Part shown: in pieces, positions 27,894 through 42,430 of the stretch
How positions within the stretch are numbered: the first letter of the stretch is position 1
Layout of the letters: each line of letters starts with the position of its first letter
From: Dictyostelium discoideum
Lineage: Eukaryota
DNA length: 64,000 nt
Reading direction: 5' to 3'
Assembly: GCA_000004695.1 (NCBI GenBank)
Contig: CM000151.3
Location: 3,360,001 to 3,424,000 of the forward strand
Position numbers and translations under genes: made by a program
The notes under the pieces: generated by a model
The model's database searches: none
Told to the model about the DNA's origin: nothing
The model's input: only the letters and a program-made list of their open reading frames with translations

Positions 27894-28447
27894 CTTTATT
27901 TAAAAATTTTGATAAATTATTTTTGTACGTTTAATTTTTTTGTATGTTTAATTTGTTTTTTTTTTTTAACAAATTAAATTTAAAACAAAAAAAAAAAAAA
28001 AAAATTAAAAAAAAATAAAATTTAATTATGAAAAAAAAAAAAAGAAAAACCCATTTTGATTTTTTTTTTTATTAAATTTTTGTTTTTGTGACATTTTATT
28101 TTTTTTTTTTTGGTATTCAAATTTATTTTATTTTATTTCATTTTATTTTATTTTATTTTATTTTTTTTTTTTTTTTTTTTTGATTCAATTGGATTATTTT
28201 TTTCTGATTTTATTTTATTTTTTTTTTTTTTTGATTTATTTGGTATTCAAAATTATTTTATTTCAGATTTTATTTTATTTTTTTTTTTTATTTTTTTTTT
28301 TATTTTAAGAATTAGTTAAAAATTAGTTTGGAATTGTTTAGTTTATATTATTGGCTCTGTGCCAAAAAAATAAAAAAAATGATTTGTTTTTTTATTTTTT
28401 AAATTTTTTTTTTTTTTCCAATTTTTTTTTTTTTTTTTTTTTTTTTT

Positions 28448-28478
<31 letters not shown>

Positions 28479-28528
28479 CGTTTTATTGGAGTGATAATAA
28501 TAAATTTCATTTTTGTGCAACCAGAAAA

Positions 28529-28846
28529 ATGAATATTGATAAAGTTTTTAAATTAGCAAAAGGTTTTTTTGGTAGATCAAAGAATTGTAAAAGTTTAGCA
28601 AGAGAAAGAGTTGAAAAAGGTTTAGAATATAATTATGTTTCACGTAAATTAAAGAAAAGAGATTTCCGTAAAATGTGGATTGAACGTATAAATGCAGGTG
28701 CTCGTCAACATGAAATGACCTATAGTGATTTTCAAAGAGGTTTAATTGCTAGTGGTGTTGAAATTAATAGAAAGGTACTATTATTTTCAATTGGTGGTTT
28801 TTTTTTTTTTCACAAACAGAAAATTAATATTAATACTAATATTATA

Positions 28847-28886
<40 letters not shown>

Positions 28887-29023
28887 TTAAAATAATTTAG
28901 ATTTTATCAGAATTAGCAGTTTCAGAACCATTTAGTTTCAAAGTATTAGTAGATCATAGTAAAAATACTGTATCAAATCTTCACCCAAAATCTTATATTC
29001 CATTGGATCAACCTAAAAATTAA
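28529..29023 (+). CDS. mrpl20: Mitochondrial ribosomal protein bL20; join(28529..28774, 28901..29023), 122 aa
   Basis: LAKGFFGRSKNC...RKLKKRDFRKMWIERINAGARQHEMTYSDFQRGLIASGVEINRK|ILSELAV matches the bL20 signature (KRDFRRLWIARINAAAR...LDRKILADLAV). The intron has a GT donor at 28775 and an AG at 28899-900 and contains an (ATT)n run. Confidence 0.8.
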
Positions 29024-29375
29024 ATAAAATATATATACAGAAATAAATAAATAAATAAATAAATAAATAAAACATACGAAAACAATAAATTACTTTTTAA
29101 AATTGATTATTCAATTTACAATTTTTAAAATTGAATAACAGTGGTTATCAAAAATATGGTTTTTCTAAAAAAAGAATTAAAATTTTAAAATAGATTTGGT
29201 GTGTGTATATATATGAAAATATTTTTATTTTTGTTTGTTTTTAGGTTAAGTTTATGTTTTTTTTTGTTTTTTTTTTTTTTTTTTTATTTACAGTTTTTTT
29301 TTTAAAATTTTTTTTTTTTTTATATACATTTAAATTAACTTTAATGGTAGTTCTGTTTTTTTTTTTTTTTTTTTT

Positions 29376-29852
29376 TTAAAGGCTACCTGAACCTATTGCT
29401 TCTTTTCTTTCTCTCTCTTTTTTCCTGAATTTATTAGTAATAAAAATAATAATAATAACTATTAGTAAATAATAATAATAATAATTTTGAAAAAAAAAAA
29501 AAAAAAATTTAAAATAATCTACATACAAAAGTAAATCATCAGCAGAATTACGTTCAAATGAAGGAGCTTTCCATTCTGGGAAGAAAGTGGACTGGGATGT
29601 ATTTGTTGCATTTGATTCAAATTTACTACCATGAACACCAATATTAATTGAAGCGGCTATATTTTCGTCTTTGAAACTTGGTGATTTGTTCAATGGAGTA
29701 CCTTTAAGGTGACCTCTAAGTTTAGTTCTTTCTTCCAAACCTTGTTTCTTTAACATGTCATTTCCTAAAACATCACCCCACCAAGTTTTCCATTCAGCTT
29801 TCCATAATCCCCATGGGTCTTCTTTTGGAATTTCCATTTGTTTTGATTCCAT
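29376..29852 (-). CDS. Hypothetical Trp-rich small protein (MESKQMEIPKEDPWGLWKAEWKTWWGD...). The 3' end is probably spliced, with a GTATGT donor near 29537.
   Basis: ORF with an ATG start. The C-terminal part of the ORF reads through a poly-T/ATT tract and is likely intronic. Confidence 0.35.
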   Translation of the reverse strand: MESKQMEIPKEDPWGLWKAEWKTWWGDVLGNDMLKKQGLEERTKLRGHLKGTPLNKSPSFKDENIAASINIGVHGSKFESNATNTSQSTFFPEWKAPSFERNSADDLLLYVDYFKFFFFFFQNYYYYYLLIVIIIIFITNKFRKKERERKEAIGSGSL

Positions 29853-30662
29853 TTTTTTTTTTTTTTTTTGTTTTTTTGGTTTTCTTTATTTATAATTTAT
29901 TAATTTAATTTAATCTATTTATTTATTTAATTTAATTTATCTTTATTTTTATTTTTAATATTAGTAATTATTTTTAAAATAAAAAAAAAAAAAAAATAAA
30001 AAAAAAGAAAAGAAAACTTTTAAAAATTAAAAAAATAAATTTAAATAAAAAAGAAATTAAATTCTAAAAAAAAAAAAATTAAAATAAAAAAAAGAAAATT
30101 ATACTAAAAAGGTAATGATAGAAAAAAAAAAAAAATAATATTTATTTAGAATTAGGGATTTTAAATGAATTTACCTTTCTTACTATCAAATCCTAATTCA
30201 AAAAATAATATTAATATTAGAAAAAAAAAAAAAATTAAATGAATATTAAAAATTAATAAAAAAAAAAAAAAAATTAAAAAATAAAAAAATAAATAATTAA
30301 AAAAAAAAAAAAAAAAATAAAATAAAATAAAAAATAAATTTAAATAAAAGTGTTTTTTTTTTTCTCAATCTCTACAATTATCATTCACTATCTTGAATTG
30401 GGCATTTTTATCATTTTCAAACATATCATAAGAAAAAAAAATTAATAAAAAAAAAAAAAAAAATAAAAAATAAAAAAAGTGTTTTAAAAATAGAAAAAAA
30501 AAAAAAAATAAATAATTCCATTGATAGGAACATTAATTTTGTTCAACAAACGCAAAAATTTTTTGAAAAAAAAAAAAAAATACACACAAATCTAAAAAAA
30601 GAAAATATGTTGTGTGAGATAATAAATTTACATTCACTTTTAACCAAGTGATTTATTGGTTA

Positions 30663-30697
<35 letters not shown>

Positions 30698-30842
30698 CAT
30701 TTTTTTTTTTTTTTTTTTTTTTGTGTGGGGTAAGGGGTCAGGGGAGTGTGGTTAATGGGGTCAAGGGGAGTACATTGTATATTTCTATATTTGATTAATC
30801 CTTTCAATAATTAAAGTGGGCTCTTAATTGAACATTGGCTAT

Positions 30843-31457
30843 TTATTTGAGTGGTTTGCCAATTTCTTTTCCTCTCTGTAATTTTTAAATAAAAGTATTA
30901 TGTTAATAATTTAATTCTAATAATTTGAAAAAAAAAAATAAAAAATAAAAAAAAAAATTTTGTGGGGATTTTTGGTGATTAAGGGGGTGAACAATGGAAA
31001 AAAAAAAAAGAGAGATTGAGAAGAAAAAGATAGAAAAAAAAAAAAAATATACCACATAAAATAAAATCAACATAAAAAATCAATTAAAAAATTTACACAT
31101 AAAAAAAAAAAAAAAAACAACATACTAATTTAACATTCAAAGCCTTCTCTAATTTTGAAAGAACAGCTTGACTTGGGATGGCAGAACCACTTTCATATTC
31201 ATTGATTACACCTGGTCTTTCATTAATTTTCTATTTAAATAGTAATAATATAATGGTGATAAAGTTAGAAATTGAAATAAAATTAAATTAAAATAAAAAA
31301 AAAAACTTACAAATGCTAATTCTTTTTGTGTCATTTTCAAAGCATTTCTGGCTCTTTGAATTGCTTGTGGTACTGATGGATTTAATTCTGGGACTGTAAT
31401 ATAAAAATTAAAATAAAAATAAAAAAAATATTAGAATGAATTATTATAATTTTTTTC

Positions 31458-31491
<34 letters not shown>

Positions 31492-31711
31492 GATGTACAT
31501 ACGAGCAATATCTTCTTCAGATTCAACAATCTTTTTTTGATTGGCACCACCTAATACTTTATTTTGACCAGCTCCGTCTAATTAAAAAGAAAGGAAATAA
31601 AAAAAATAAAAAAAAATATATCAGTATTGGTGGCCAATTTTAAATTAATTTTTTTAAAAAAAATTAATAAATTTTATAATTTGATATGTTACATTTAGTT
31701 TGAACGTCCAT
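30843..31711 (-). CDS. Multiprotein bridging factor 1 (MBF1, HTH transcriptional coactivator). Minus-strand model: 31693..31711, 31503..31577, 31311..31393, 31126..31230, 30843..30875.
   Basis: The encoded [10 protein letters not shown]...[27 protein letters not shown]|[35 protein letters not shown]|[10 protein letters not shown] aligns with the MBF1 HTH core and C-terminus. All junctions have GTATGT/GTAAGT donors and AG acceptors in phase. Exon 1 (MDVQTK) is the least certain part. Confidence 0.7.
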
Positions 31712-32001
31712 TTCTTTTATTTGATTTTAAATTAATATACAATTTGTTTTATAACTATTACTAACTAAATAATAATATGTGTGTTTTTAAGTGAGTTTTT
31801 ATGAAAAATAAAAAAAAAATAAAAAAAAACAACTTTTTTTTTTAAATGAAAAAATATGAAATGCAAAAAAAAAAAATTAAAATAAAAAATAAAATTAAAA
31901 TAAAAAAAAAAATAAAAAAAAAAGGAAAAAAAAAAAAAGATTTTTAAATTCTTATTGATTTCGCGATTCCCAATTCCTAATTATTTCAATGAAAAATAAA
32001 A

Positions 32002-33188
<1,187 letters not shown>

Positions 33189-33366
33189 AAAAAAAAAAAA
33201 TTAAAAAATTAAAATTTAAATAAAATAAAATATATATATACGCAAATGCATACAAAAAAACAAAAATAAAATAAAATAAAAAAACAAAAAATAAAAAAAT
33301 AAAAAAATAAATTATTATTATTAAATAATACAATAATTATTATCTTTTAAAATTTTAATGGGTTTT

Positions 33367-33402
<36 letters not shown>

Positions 33403-34302
33403 TTTTATTTTCTTATTTTGTTTTTTAAAGAGTAGATTAACAATAAATATATTTATAAACTTTTATTAGTAGTGATTACTATTATTGAAGAGATTATTCC
33501 CATTTCAAGTATATTATTATTTTTTTTTTTTTTTTTTATTGTTTTTTTTTTTTTTTTCTTTATTTTTTATTTTTATTTTTTTCAATTCATTTAAGGGGGA
33601 AAAAAGGAGAAGTATTTAAAATATTAACCTAAACTAAATTGTATATATTAAAAAAAAAAAAAAAAAAAAATTTTTGGTAAAGTTTATTTTTTTTTATATG
33701 TATAATACCGATATTAATAATATTGAAGGGGTTATCGAGAGATAAAAAATAATAATAATAAAAATAAAAATATTAATAGTTCCTATTACAGAAATTTACA
33801 ACATTTATAATTTCATAGGACAACACCAGGCGGACTTAGGAAATTTCTTTTTTTTAATTTATTTTTTTTATTTTATTTTTTATTTTATTTTTTTTATTTT
33901 TTTTTTTATTTTTTTTTATTTTTTATTTTTTTTTTTAATTAACTATTTAAATTTTTTTTTTTTTTTTATTTTTTAATAATTGAATTATAAGTATTAAAAA
34001 CAAAAAAAAAAAAAAAAAAAAAACGAGGGTGTCTTTTTTAATTATATTCTTTATTAAAATACAAAATTCCCATTTTTTATTAATTTAATTTTTTTTTTTT
34101 TTTCAAAAAAAAAAAAAAAAAAACTACCCATTTTTATAAACACATTAAATTAACAAACCCCCCAAAACAAATAATTATAATAATAATAAAAATATAAATA
34201 AAAAGTAAAAAAAAAAAAAAAAAAAAAATTTAAAAATTTTTATTATTTTTTTTTTTTTTTTGTGCGAGCTTTACCCCACCCTAAAGATCTTCCTTTTTAA
34301 AA

Positions 34303-35619
34303 ATGTCAACAATTAAAATTAGTTCGTTTTTTAAATCCATTTTTTCAACAATAAATGGTAAAGATAAAAGTATTAATTTAAATAATAATGACAATATAAA
34401 AAATAATAATAATAATAACAGTATAAAAAATAATAATAATAATAATATAAAAAATAATAATCCTAGTGATAATGATATAAAACCAACAGAAGGAGGGATT
34501 GACGATATGACATTAATAACTGCAACATCATTAACAATACCTCCAACTAAAGGTGGAGATTATATTGAAAGCGATACATTAAAATCAATGTTAATCATTG
34601 ATGATACAAATGATGATAATAGTAGTACCACTACAGTTGGTTGTGGTGACAATAATGAACAACAACAACAACAGCAACAACAACAAGAACAACAACAAGA
34701 ACAACAACAAGAACAACATGAAGAATTTAAAATACCTATGATTCAAATTCAAACACCACAAATAAATGATAATAATATAGAATGGCCAACGTGGTGCAAA
34801 GATTATGAAAATCGGTATGATCTTAGACCAATATCAAGGAATGGATTAGATGATACAAGCAATAGATTAAATTCAGGATTCAAAGGTGAGAATTTTGTCT
34901 ATCAAAATACAAAATTTGTTTCAAAATTATATTGGAAGGGTAATAGCCCAATATTTGGTGATATTGAAGTTGACCCTGACAATAATAATAATTTTGACAT
35001 AACAGCCAGTCCAACTAGTGGTGGTATCAAACAATTAAATATAAGAACAAGTTATAATGGTATAGTAAATGAAGATGACGATAGAATGTTATTGGGTATT
35101 GTTTATTGGAAAAACACAAGCGAAGGTCCACCTGGTTGTGTTCATGGTGGTGCCTTGGCGAGCATGTTTGATGATAGTATGGCATGCTGCATAAGATATT
35201 TTTATAATAATAATTTTGATGATTTAAATTTACAAAAACAAAAACAAAAACAAAAACAACAACAACAAGAACAAGAACAACCACAAGGAAATAGGAATGG
35301 TATAGTTATACCACCAATTACAAATTCAAAAACTTATGTTGTAACAGCAAATTTATCAGTAAATTATAAAAAGTTTGTTGTATTGGAAAGTTTTAGTTCG
35401 GTTGAAACAAGAATTCAAAAAAGAGATGGTAAAAAGATTTTTATATCCTCAACTATTAAAGATCAAAATGGTGTTATTAGAGCCGAATCAACTGCAATTT
35501 GGATCGTCGTAAAAATTGATACACCAATTAGTACAACTTCATCACCACCTTCATTCCTTTCACCATTACCTTCTCCAACTTCAAATAAATTAAATGAAAA
35601 TAAATTAAATGAAAACGAA

Positions 35620-35671
<52 letters not shown>

Positions 35672-35715
35672 TTCAATTTGATAATAATAGTTGTAGTAGT
35701 AAAAATTCAAATTAA
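34303..35715 (+). CDS. Hotdog-fold acyl-CoA thioesterase (PaaI/THEM2-like) with a long low-complexity N-terminal extension
   Basis: CVHGGALASMFDDSMACC followed by a ..VTANLSVNYKKFV..ETRIQKRDGKKIFISSTIKDQNGVIRAESTAIW.. core matches the HGG..A.L.D thioesterase signature. Confidence 0.65.
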
Positions 35716-36864
35716 TAAAAAAAAATGATAATAGCGCATCATCATTAATTTTATTAATAAACTAAAATAATATTTAAAATTTTTTTTTTTTTTTTTACAA
35801 AAAATATATATACTTTTTTTTTTCTAATTTTTTGCTCGAAAATAACAATTAAATAAATATGACCAATGAAACGAAAAAAAAAAAAAATAAAAAAAAAAAA
35901 GAAAAAAAACTTATACAATTGGAAACTTTTTTATTTTTTTCTTTTTTTTTTCTCAAGTTTAATCATGATGTTAAAAAAAAAAAAAAAAAAAAACATACAC
36001 ACATATAAACAAACACATACTGATTATAAATACAAAAAATTAGAATGTCATTCTTATGACACGATTGATATGTTGTCGTTTGGTTTTGGTATGAAACGTC
36101 TAGAAAAAAAAAAAAAAATTAAAAAAAAGCAAAAAAAAGCAAAAAAAAGCAAAAAATAAAAATAAAATAAAAAGCAAAAAATTTAAAAAAAATAAATTAA
36201 AAAATAAAAATAAAAAATAAAAATAAAAAAAATAAATTAAAAATAATTAAAATAAGAACAAAAGACTTCAAGGTTCGCGAACCTTTTTAGATTTGTTGGG
36301 CGATTTTAAGTTAAAAATAGGTTTTTAAAAAAAAAAATAAAAAAAAATAAAAAAAAATTAAAAAAAAATTATAATAATAAATTGGCGTAGCAAATTGTTA
36401 CATATTATATTCTACAACCATTTTATTTAACAAAAACATTAGATATTTTTTAATTTCCTTTTTTAAATTGATTAGTATTCATCATTATTCTACACCCCTT
36501 CTTTTTTTAAAAATAAAAAATTAGATATTGATTATTTGCTTCTTATTTTTTAATGAAGCCTCCAGGTTTTTTTTTTATTTTAAAAATAATAAAATAATAT
36601 TTTTTTAATTATTTTTTGAGTTTAAGGATAATTTACCAAAAAAAAAAAAAAAAAATATAAATTGATTGAAAAATTATTTTTCTAATCATTTCAAAAAAAA
36701 ACAATAATTTAAAATTATAAATTTTATTTTGACTAAATAAAATATAAATAATATTTAAATAAATAAAATTTTAATTTATATTATTAAATTAAATTAAATT
36801 AAATTAAATTTTTTAAAAAAAAAAAAACCCGAACTAAAAAACAAATCATAAAGCTAAAAATAAA

Positions 36865-36904
<40 letters not shown>

Positions 36905-36908
<4 letters not shown>

Positions 36909-36946
36909 AAGAGGATAAAACTTTTCAATCAATTAGAATTTCCGAA

Positions 36947-37003
<57 letters not shown>

Positions 37004-37440
37004 TTAAATAATAATAATGATAATGATTATGATTATGATTCAATAAATAATATTGAAGAAAAATTTGAAAATGTTTCAAAAGAATTAGAAGGACAATCAA
37101 TCAAATTTAGAGAAATTGATGGTGGTAAAAATAATAATAACCATGATATTGAGTTGGGTGAAAGAAAACCAGAAAATGAAGAAGATTTTAAATTAAGACA
37201 ATATTTTGAGGATTCTCAAAGACAAAAAATGTTAATTAATCATAAACCAAAGAAAATGGGTGTTTCAATTAAAAATTTAACTGTTGTTGGTCAAGGTGCT
37301 GATAATTCTGTAATTGTTGATAATTCAACACCATTTAAAGCTTTAGGAAAATTATTAAATCCTTTTAATTAGTAAGTAAAATTTTTAAATTTTTTTTTTT
37401 TTTTTAAAATAAATTGAATTCAAGTATTAATATTTATTTA

Positions 37441-37478
<38 letters not shown>

Positions 37479-40400
37479 AAAAGTTTTAAAAAAGATAAAA
37501 ATAAAATTAATACATTTAATATATTAAATGATATTAATGCATTTATTGAAGATGGTAAAATGTTATTAGTATTAGGTAGACCAGGTGCAGGTTGTTCAAC
37601 TTTATTAAGAGTAATTGCAAATCAACGTGAATCATATATTTCAGTTGATGGTGATGTAACATATGGTAATATTGCAGCAAGTGATTGGTCAAAATATAGA
37701 GGTGAAACTCTTTATACAGGTGAGGAAGATATTCATCATCCAACTCTAACAGTTCGTGAAACATTGGATTTTACATTAAAATTAAAGACACCAGGTAATC
37801 GTTTACCAGAAGAAAGTAAAAGAAATTTTAGAACTAAAATCTATGAATTATTAGTTAGTATGTATGGTTTAGTGAATCAAGGTGATACAATGGTTGGTAA
37901 TGAATTTGTTAGAGGTTTATCAGGTGGTGAAAGAAAAAGAATAACAATTACAGAGGCTATGGTTTCAGGTTCATCCATTACATGTTGGGATTGTTCAACC
38001 AGAGGTTTGGATGCAGCATCAGCCTATGATTATGCAAAATCCTTAAGAATCATGTCTGATACATTAGATAAAACTACAATTGCATCATTTTATCAAGCAT
38101 CAGATTCAATTTATAATTTATTCGATAAAGTTATTGTTTTAGATAAAGGTCGTTGTATTTATTTTGGTCCAATTGGTTTGGCAAAACAATACTTTTTAGA
38201 TTTAGGATTCGATTGTGAACCACGTAAATCAACTCCAGATTTTTTAACTGGTATTACAAATCCACAAGAACGTATTGTTAAAGTTGGGTTTGAAGGTAGA
38301 GTACCAGAGACTTCTGTCGATTTAGAAGATGCTTGGAAGAAATCACAATTATTCCAATCAATGAAACATGCTCAATTAGAATATGAAAAACAAGTTGAAC
38401 AACAAAAACCATCTGTTGATTTTAAAGAACAAGTATTGAATGAAAAAAGTAGAACAACTTCTAAAAACTCTGAATATAGTTCTAGTTTTTATGCTCAAAC
38501 AATTGCTTTAACTCAAAGACAATTAAGTTTAACTTGGGGTGATAAATTTACATTAACTTCACGTTTTCTAACTATTCTTGTATTATCATTTATTTTTGGT
38601 GGTATTTATTTCCAACAACCATTAACAACGGATGGTTTATTTACAAGAGGTGGTGCTATTTTCACTTCTATCATTTTCAATTGTATTTTAACTCAAGGGG
38701 AGCTCCACGGTGCTCTATCAGGTCGAAGGATCTTACAAAAACATAAAAGCTATGCTCTATATCGTCCTTCAGCTTATTTTGTTTCACAAATTCTAATTGA
38801 TATTCCATTTATATTGGTTCAAGTATTTTTACATTCATTCATAGTTTATTTCATGTATGGCTTTGAATATCGTGCTGATAAATTCTTTATATTTTGTTTC
38901 ACATTGGTTGGTGTATCATTATCAAGTGCTTCATTATTTAGAGGTTTTGCAAATTTTACTCCATCTTTATTTACTGCACAAAATTTAATGAATTTTGTTT
39001 TCATTTTTGAAGTAAATTATTTTGGTTATTCTCAAACTCCAGATAAAATGCATTCTTGGTTTAAATGGACTTATTATAGTAAGTTTTTTTTTTTAACTTC
39101 ACTTTATTTAAAATATATTTTAACTTTTTTTTTTTTTTTTTTTTTAATAATAGTTAATCCATTAGCATATGCATTTAAAAGTTTAATGATTAATGAATTT
39201 AAAGGTTTAGATTTTTCATGTTTAGATAGTGCTATTCCATTTGATCATTTTAATAATTCAACATATTCTGATATGTCACATAGAATTTGTGCAGTACCAG
39301 GTTCAATTGAAGGTTCTTTGTCTGTTAAAGGTGAAAATTATTTATGGGATGCATTACAAATTAATAGTGATCATAGAGCATTAAATGTTGTAGTAATTTT
39401 CTTATTTTGGTTATTTTATATTGGATTGAATTTATTCGCCGTTGAATATTTCGATTGGACAAGTGGTGGTTATACTCATAAAGTATATAAAAGAGGTAAA
39501 GCTCCAAAATTAAATGATGTTGAAGAAGAAAGAAATCAAAATCAAATCGTAAAGAAAGCAACTGATAATATGAAAGATACTTTAAAGATGAGAGGTGGTC
39601 TTTTCTCTTGGAAATCAATTTCTTATACTGTACCAGTAGCTGGAACAAATAAATTACTATTGGATGATATTATGGGTTGGATTAAACCTGGTCAAATGAC
39701 TGCTTTGATGGGTTCATCAGGTGCTGGTAAAACAACCCTACTCGATGTATTGGCAAAAAGAAAAACCATGGGTACTGTAACTGGTGAATCATTATTAAAT
39801 GGTAAGCAATTGGAAATTGATTTTGAACGTATCACTGGTTATGTTGAACAAATGGATGTTCATAATCCAGGTTTAACAGTTAGAGAGGCATTAAGATTCT
39901 CTGCAAAACTTCGTCAAGAACCATGGGTACCATTAAAAGATAAATATCAATATGTTGAACATGTTTTAGAAATGATGGAAATGAAACATTTAGGTGATGC
40001 TTTAATTGGTACTTTGGAAACTGGTGTTGGTATTTCAGTTGAAGAAAGAAAAAGATTAACAATTGGTGTTGAATTAGTTGCAAAACCACAAATTCTCTTC
40101 CTTGATGAACCTACATCAGGTTTGGATGCTCAATCATCATATAATATTATTAAATTCATTCGTAAATTAGCCGATGCGGGTATGCCATTGGTTTGTACAA
40201 TTCATCAACCATCATCAGTATTATTTGAACATTTCGATCGTATTCTTTTATTGGCTAGAGGTGGTAAAACTGTTTATTTCGGTGATATTGGTGATAAATC
40301 AAAAACTTTAACATCATACTTTGAACGTCATGGTGTTCGTCCATGTACTGAAAGTGAAAATCCAGCAGAATATATTTTAGAAGCAACTGGTGCAGGTATT

Positions 40401-41522
40401 CATGGTAAGACCGATGTTAATTGGCCAGAAGCTTGGAAACAATCATCAGAGTATCAAAATGTTGTCAATGAATTGGATCTTTTAAGAACAAAAGAAGAAT
40501 TGGGAAAATATATTTTAGATAGTGATTTGCAAGTCGATGGTAAGCAAGCACCACCAAGAGAATTTGCAAATGGTTTCCTAACTCAATTCATTGAGGTTTA
40601 CAAACGTTTAAATATCATTTATTATCGTGACGTTTTCTATACAATGGGTAGTTTTGCTCAAAGTGCTGTATCTGGTTTAGTAATTGGTTTCACTTTTTAT
40701 GATTTAAAAAATAGTTCATCCGATCAACAACAAAGAATCTTTATGAGTTGGGAAGCAATGATTCTTGGTGTATTATTGATTTATTTGGTTTTACCAATGT
40801 TTTTCATTCAAAAAGAATATTTCAAACGTGATACTGCTAGTAAATATTATTCATGGCATGCATTCTCCTTGTCTATGATTGCCGTTGAAATTCCATATGT
40901 AGTTTTATCAAGTACTTTGTTTTTCATTGCAACCTATTGGACCTCTGGTATTGATTCAACCGCTAGTGCAAACTTTTACTATTGGTTAATGCATACAATG
41001 TTTAGTGTTTATATTGTTTCATTTGCTCAAGCTTTAGGTGCTGCATGTGTTAATATCGCCATTTCAATCGCTGCTTTACCAATTGTTCTCTTTTATCTCT
41101 TTTTACTTTGTGGAGTTCAAATTCCACCACCAGCAATGAGTTCATTCTATCAAGATTGGTTATACCATTTAAACCCTGCTAAATATTTCTTGGAAGGTTT
41201 AATCACTACTGTATTAAAACCAATTGAAGTTTTATGTACTGATGTAGATTTAATTAAATTCACTGCTCCAAGTGGTACCGATTGTCAAACCTATTCTGCA
41301 CCATTCCTCCAACAAGCTACTGGTTATGTTGTTCCATTAAGTAATACTACAAACGAATGTGGTTATTGTATTTACAGTTCAGGTTCTGATTATTTCGAAA
41401 CAAGTTTAGGTTGGGATTATGGTCATCGTTGGAGAAATTTTGGAATTATTGTTGCTTATTGGGGTAGTTCAATTTTAGCAGTATTATTCTTTGTTTATCT
41501 CACTCAAAAACCAAGACGTTAA
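36905..41522 (+). CDS. Full-size ABC transporter, G subfamily (PDR type: NBD-TMD-NBD-TMD), about 1478 aa; join(36905..37371, 37484..39078, 39154..41522)
   Basis: NBD1 has Walker [10 protein letters not shown] and signature LSGGERKR; NBD2 has [22 protein letters not shown] and [11 protein letters not shown]. There are two ABC2-type membrane domains. Introns have GTAAGT donors at 37372 and 39079 and AG acceptors at 37482-83 and 39152-53, in phase. Confidence 0.85.
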
Positions 41523-41996
41523 ATAATAATAATAAAAATAATAATAAAAATAATAAATAATAATAAATAATAAATAATAATAAATAATAAATAAATAATA
41601 AATAATAAAAATTAAATTAATTAAATAAATATTAAATATTCTAAAAAAAAAAAAAAAAAAAAAAGAAAAGAAAAAAAAAAATTTCTTTTAATAAAATAAA
41701 ATAATATTAATTGAAAAGACTTTTTAATGGTATAACCAATCTTGATAAAATTAAATCATTGATGTTGCAACTTGCTAATTTACACTTTTTTTTTCTTTTC
41801 TAAAACACTTTTTTATGTTTTTTTAATAAAATACAAAGTTAAAAAATTAATTATTTAATTCAAAATTACAAAAAAAAATAATGGCTTGGAGTATCATTTA
41901 TTAATTCGATCTCAAATGAGCAATGTTTGATATTATTTTTAATATTTATATAACTTTAATCAGATTATCTTTTTTTTTCTTTTTTTTTTTAAATAC

Positions 41997-42034
<38 letters not shown>

Positions 42035-42430
42035 AATCTTAGATTTAAAAATAAAAACATTGGTTTTTTTTTTTTTTTTTTTTTTTTTTATTAAATTTTA
42101 TATTTTTATTATTATTTTATTGGTTTTTTATTTTTTTTATTTTTTTATTTTTTTTTATTTTTTTTTTGGTATCCCAACAATCCCAATTAGATATCATCAC
42201 TCAAAACCAGTGAAAATAAATTTGCCGAAATTTCTTATTTTCATTTTTTTTTTGATTTTTTATCATTTTTTTTTAATGAAAAAAATAATAAAAAATCAAA
42301 AAAAAAAATTAAAAATAAAATAAAAAAAAAAAAAAAAAAAACCTCTAAAGGAAACGAGGTTTTTTTTAAAAAATAATTCGGCAAAAACACATTAACATTT
42401 TTAAAAATAAAAAATATATAAATTTTAAGA

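Noticed and set aside
42060-42323. 87-aa poly-Phe ORF upstream of DAO, and similar T-run ORFs (8763-8960, 28110-28319, 25702-26022)
   Set aside because: Translations of poly-T, (GTTT)n or (ATT)n repeats, not genes.
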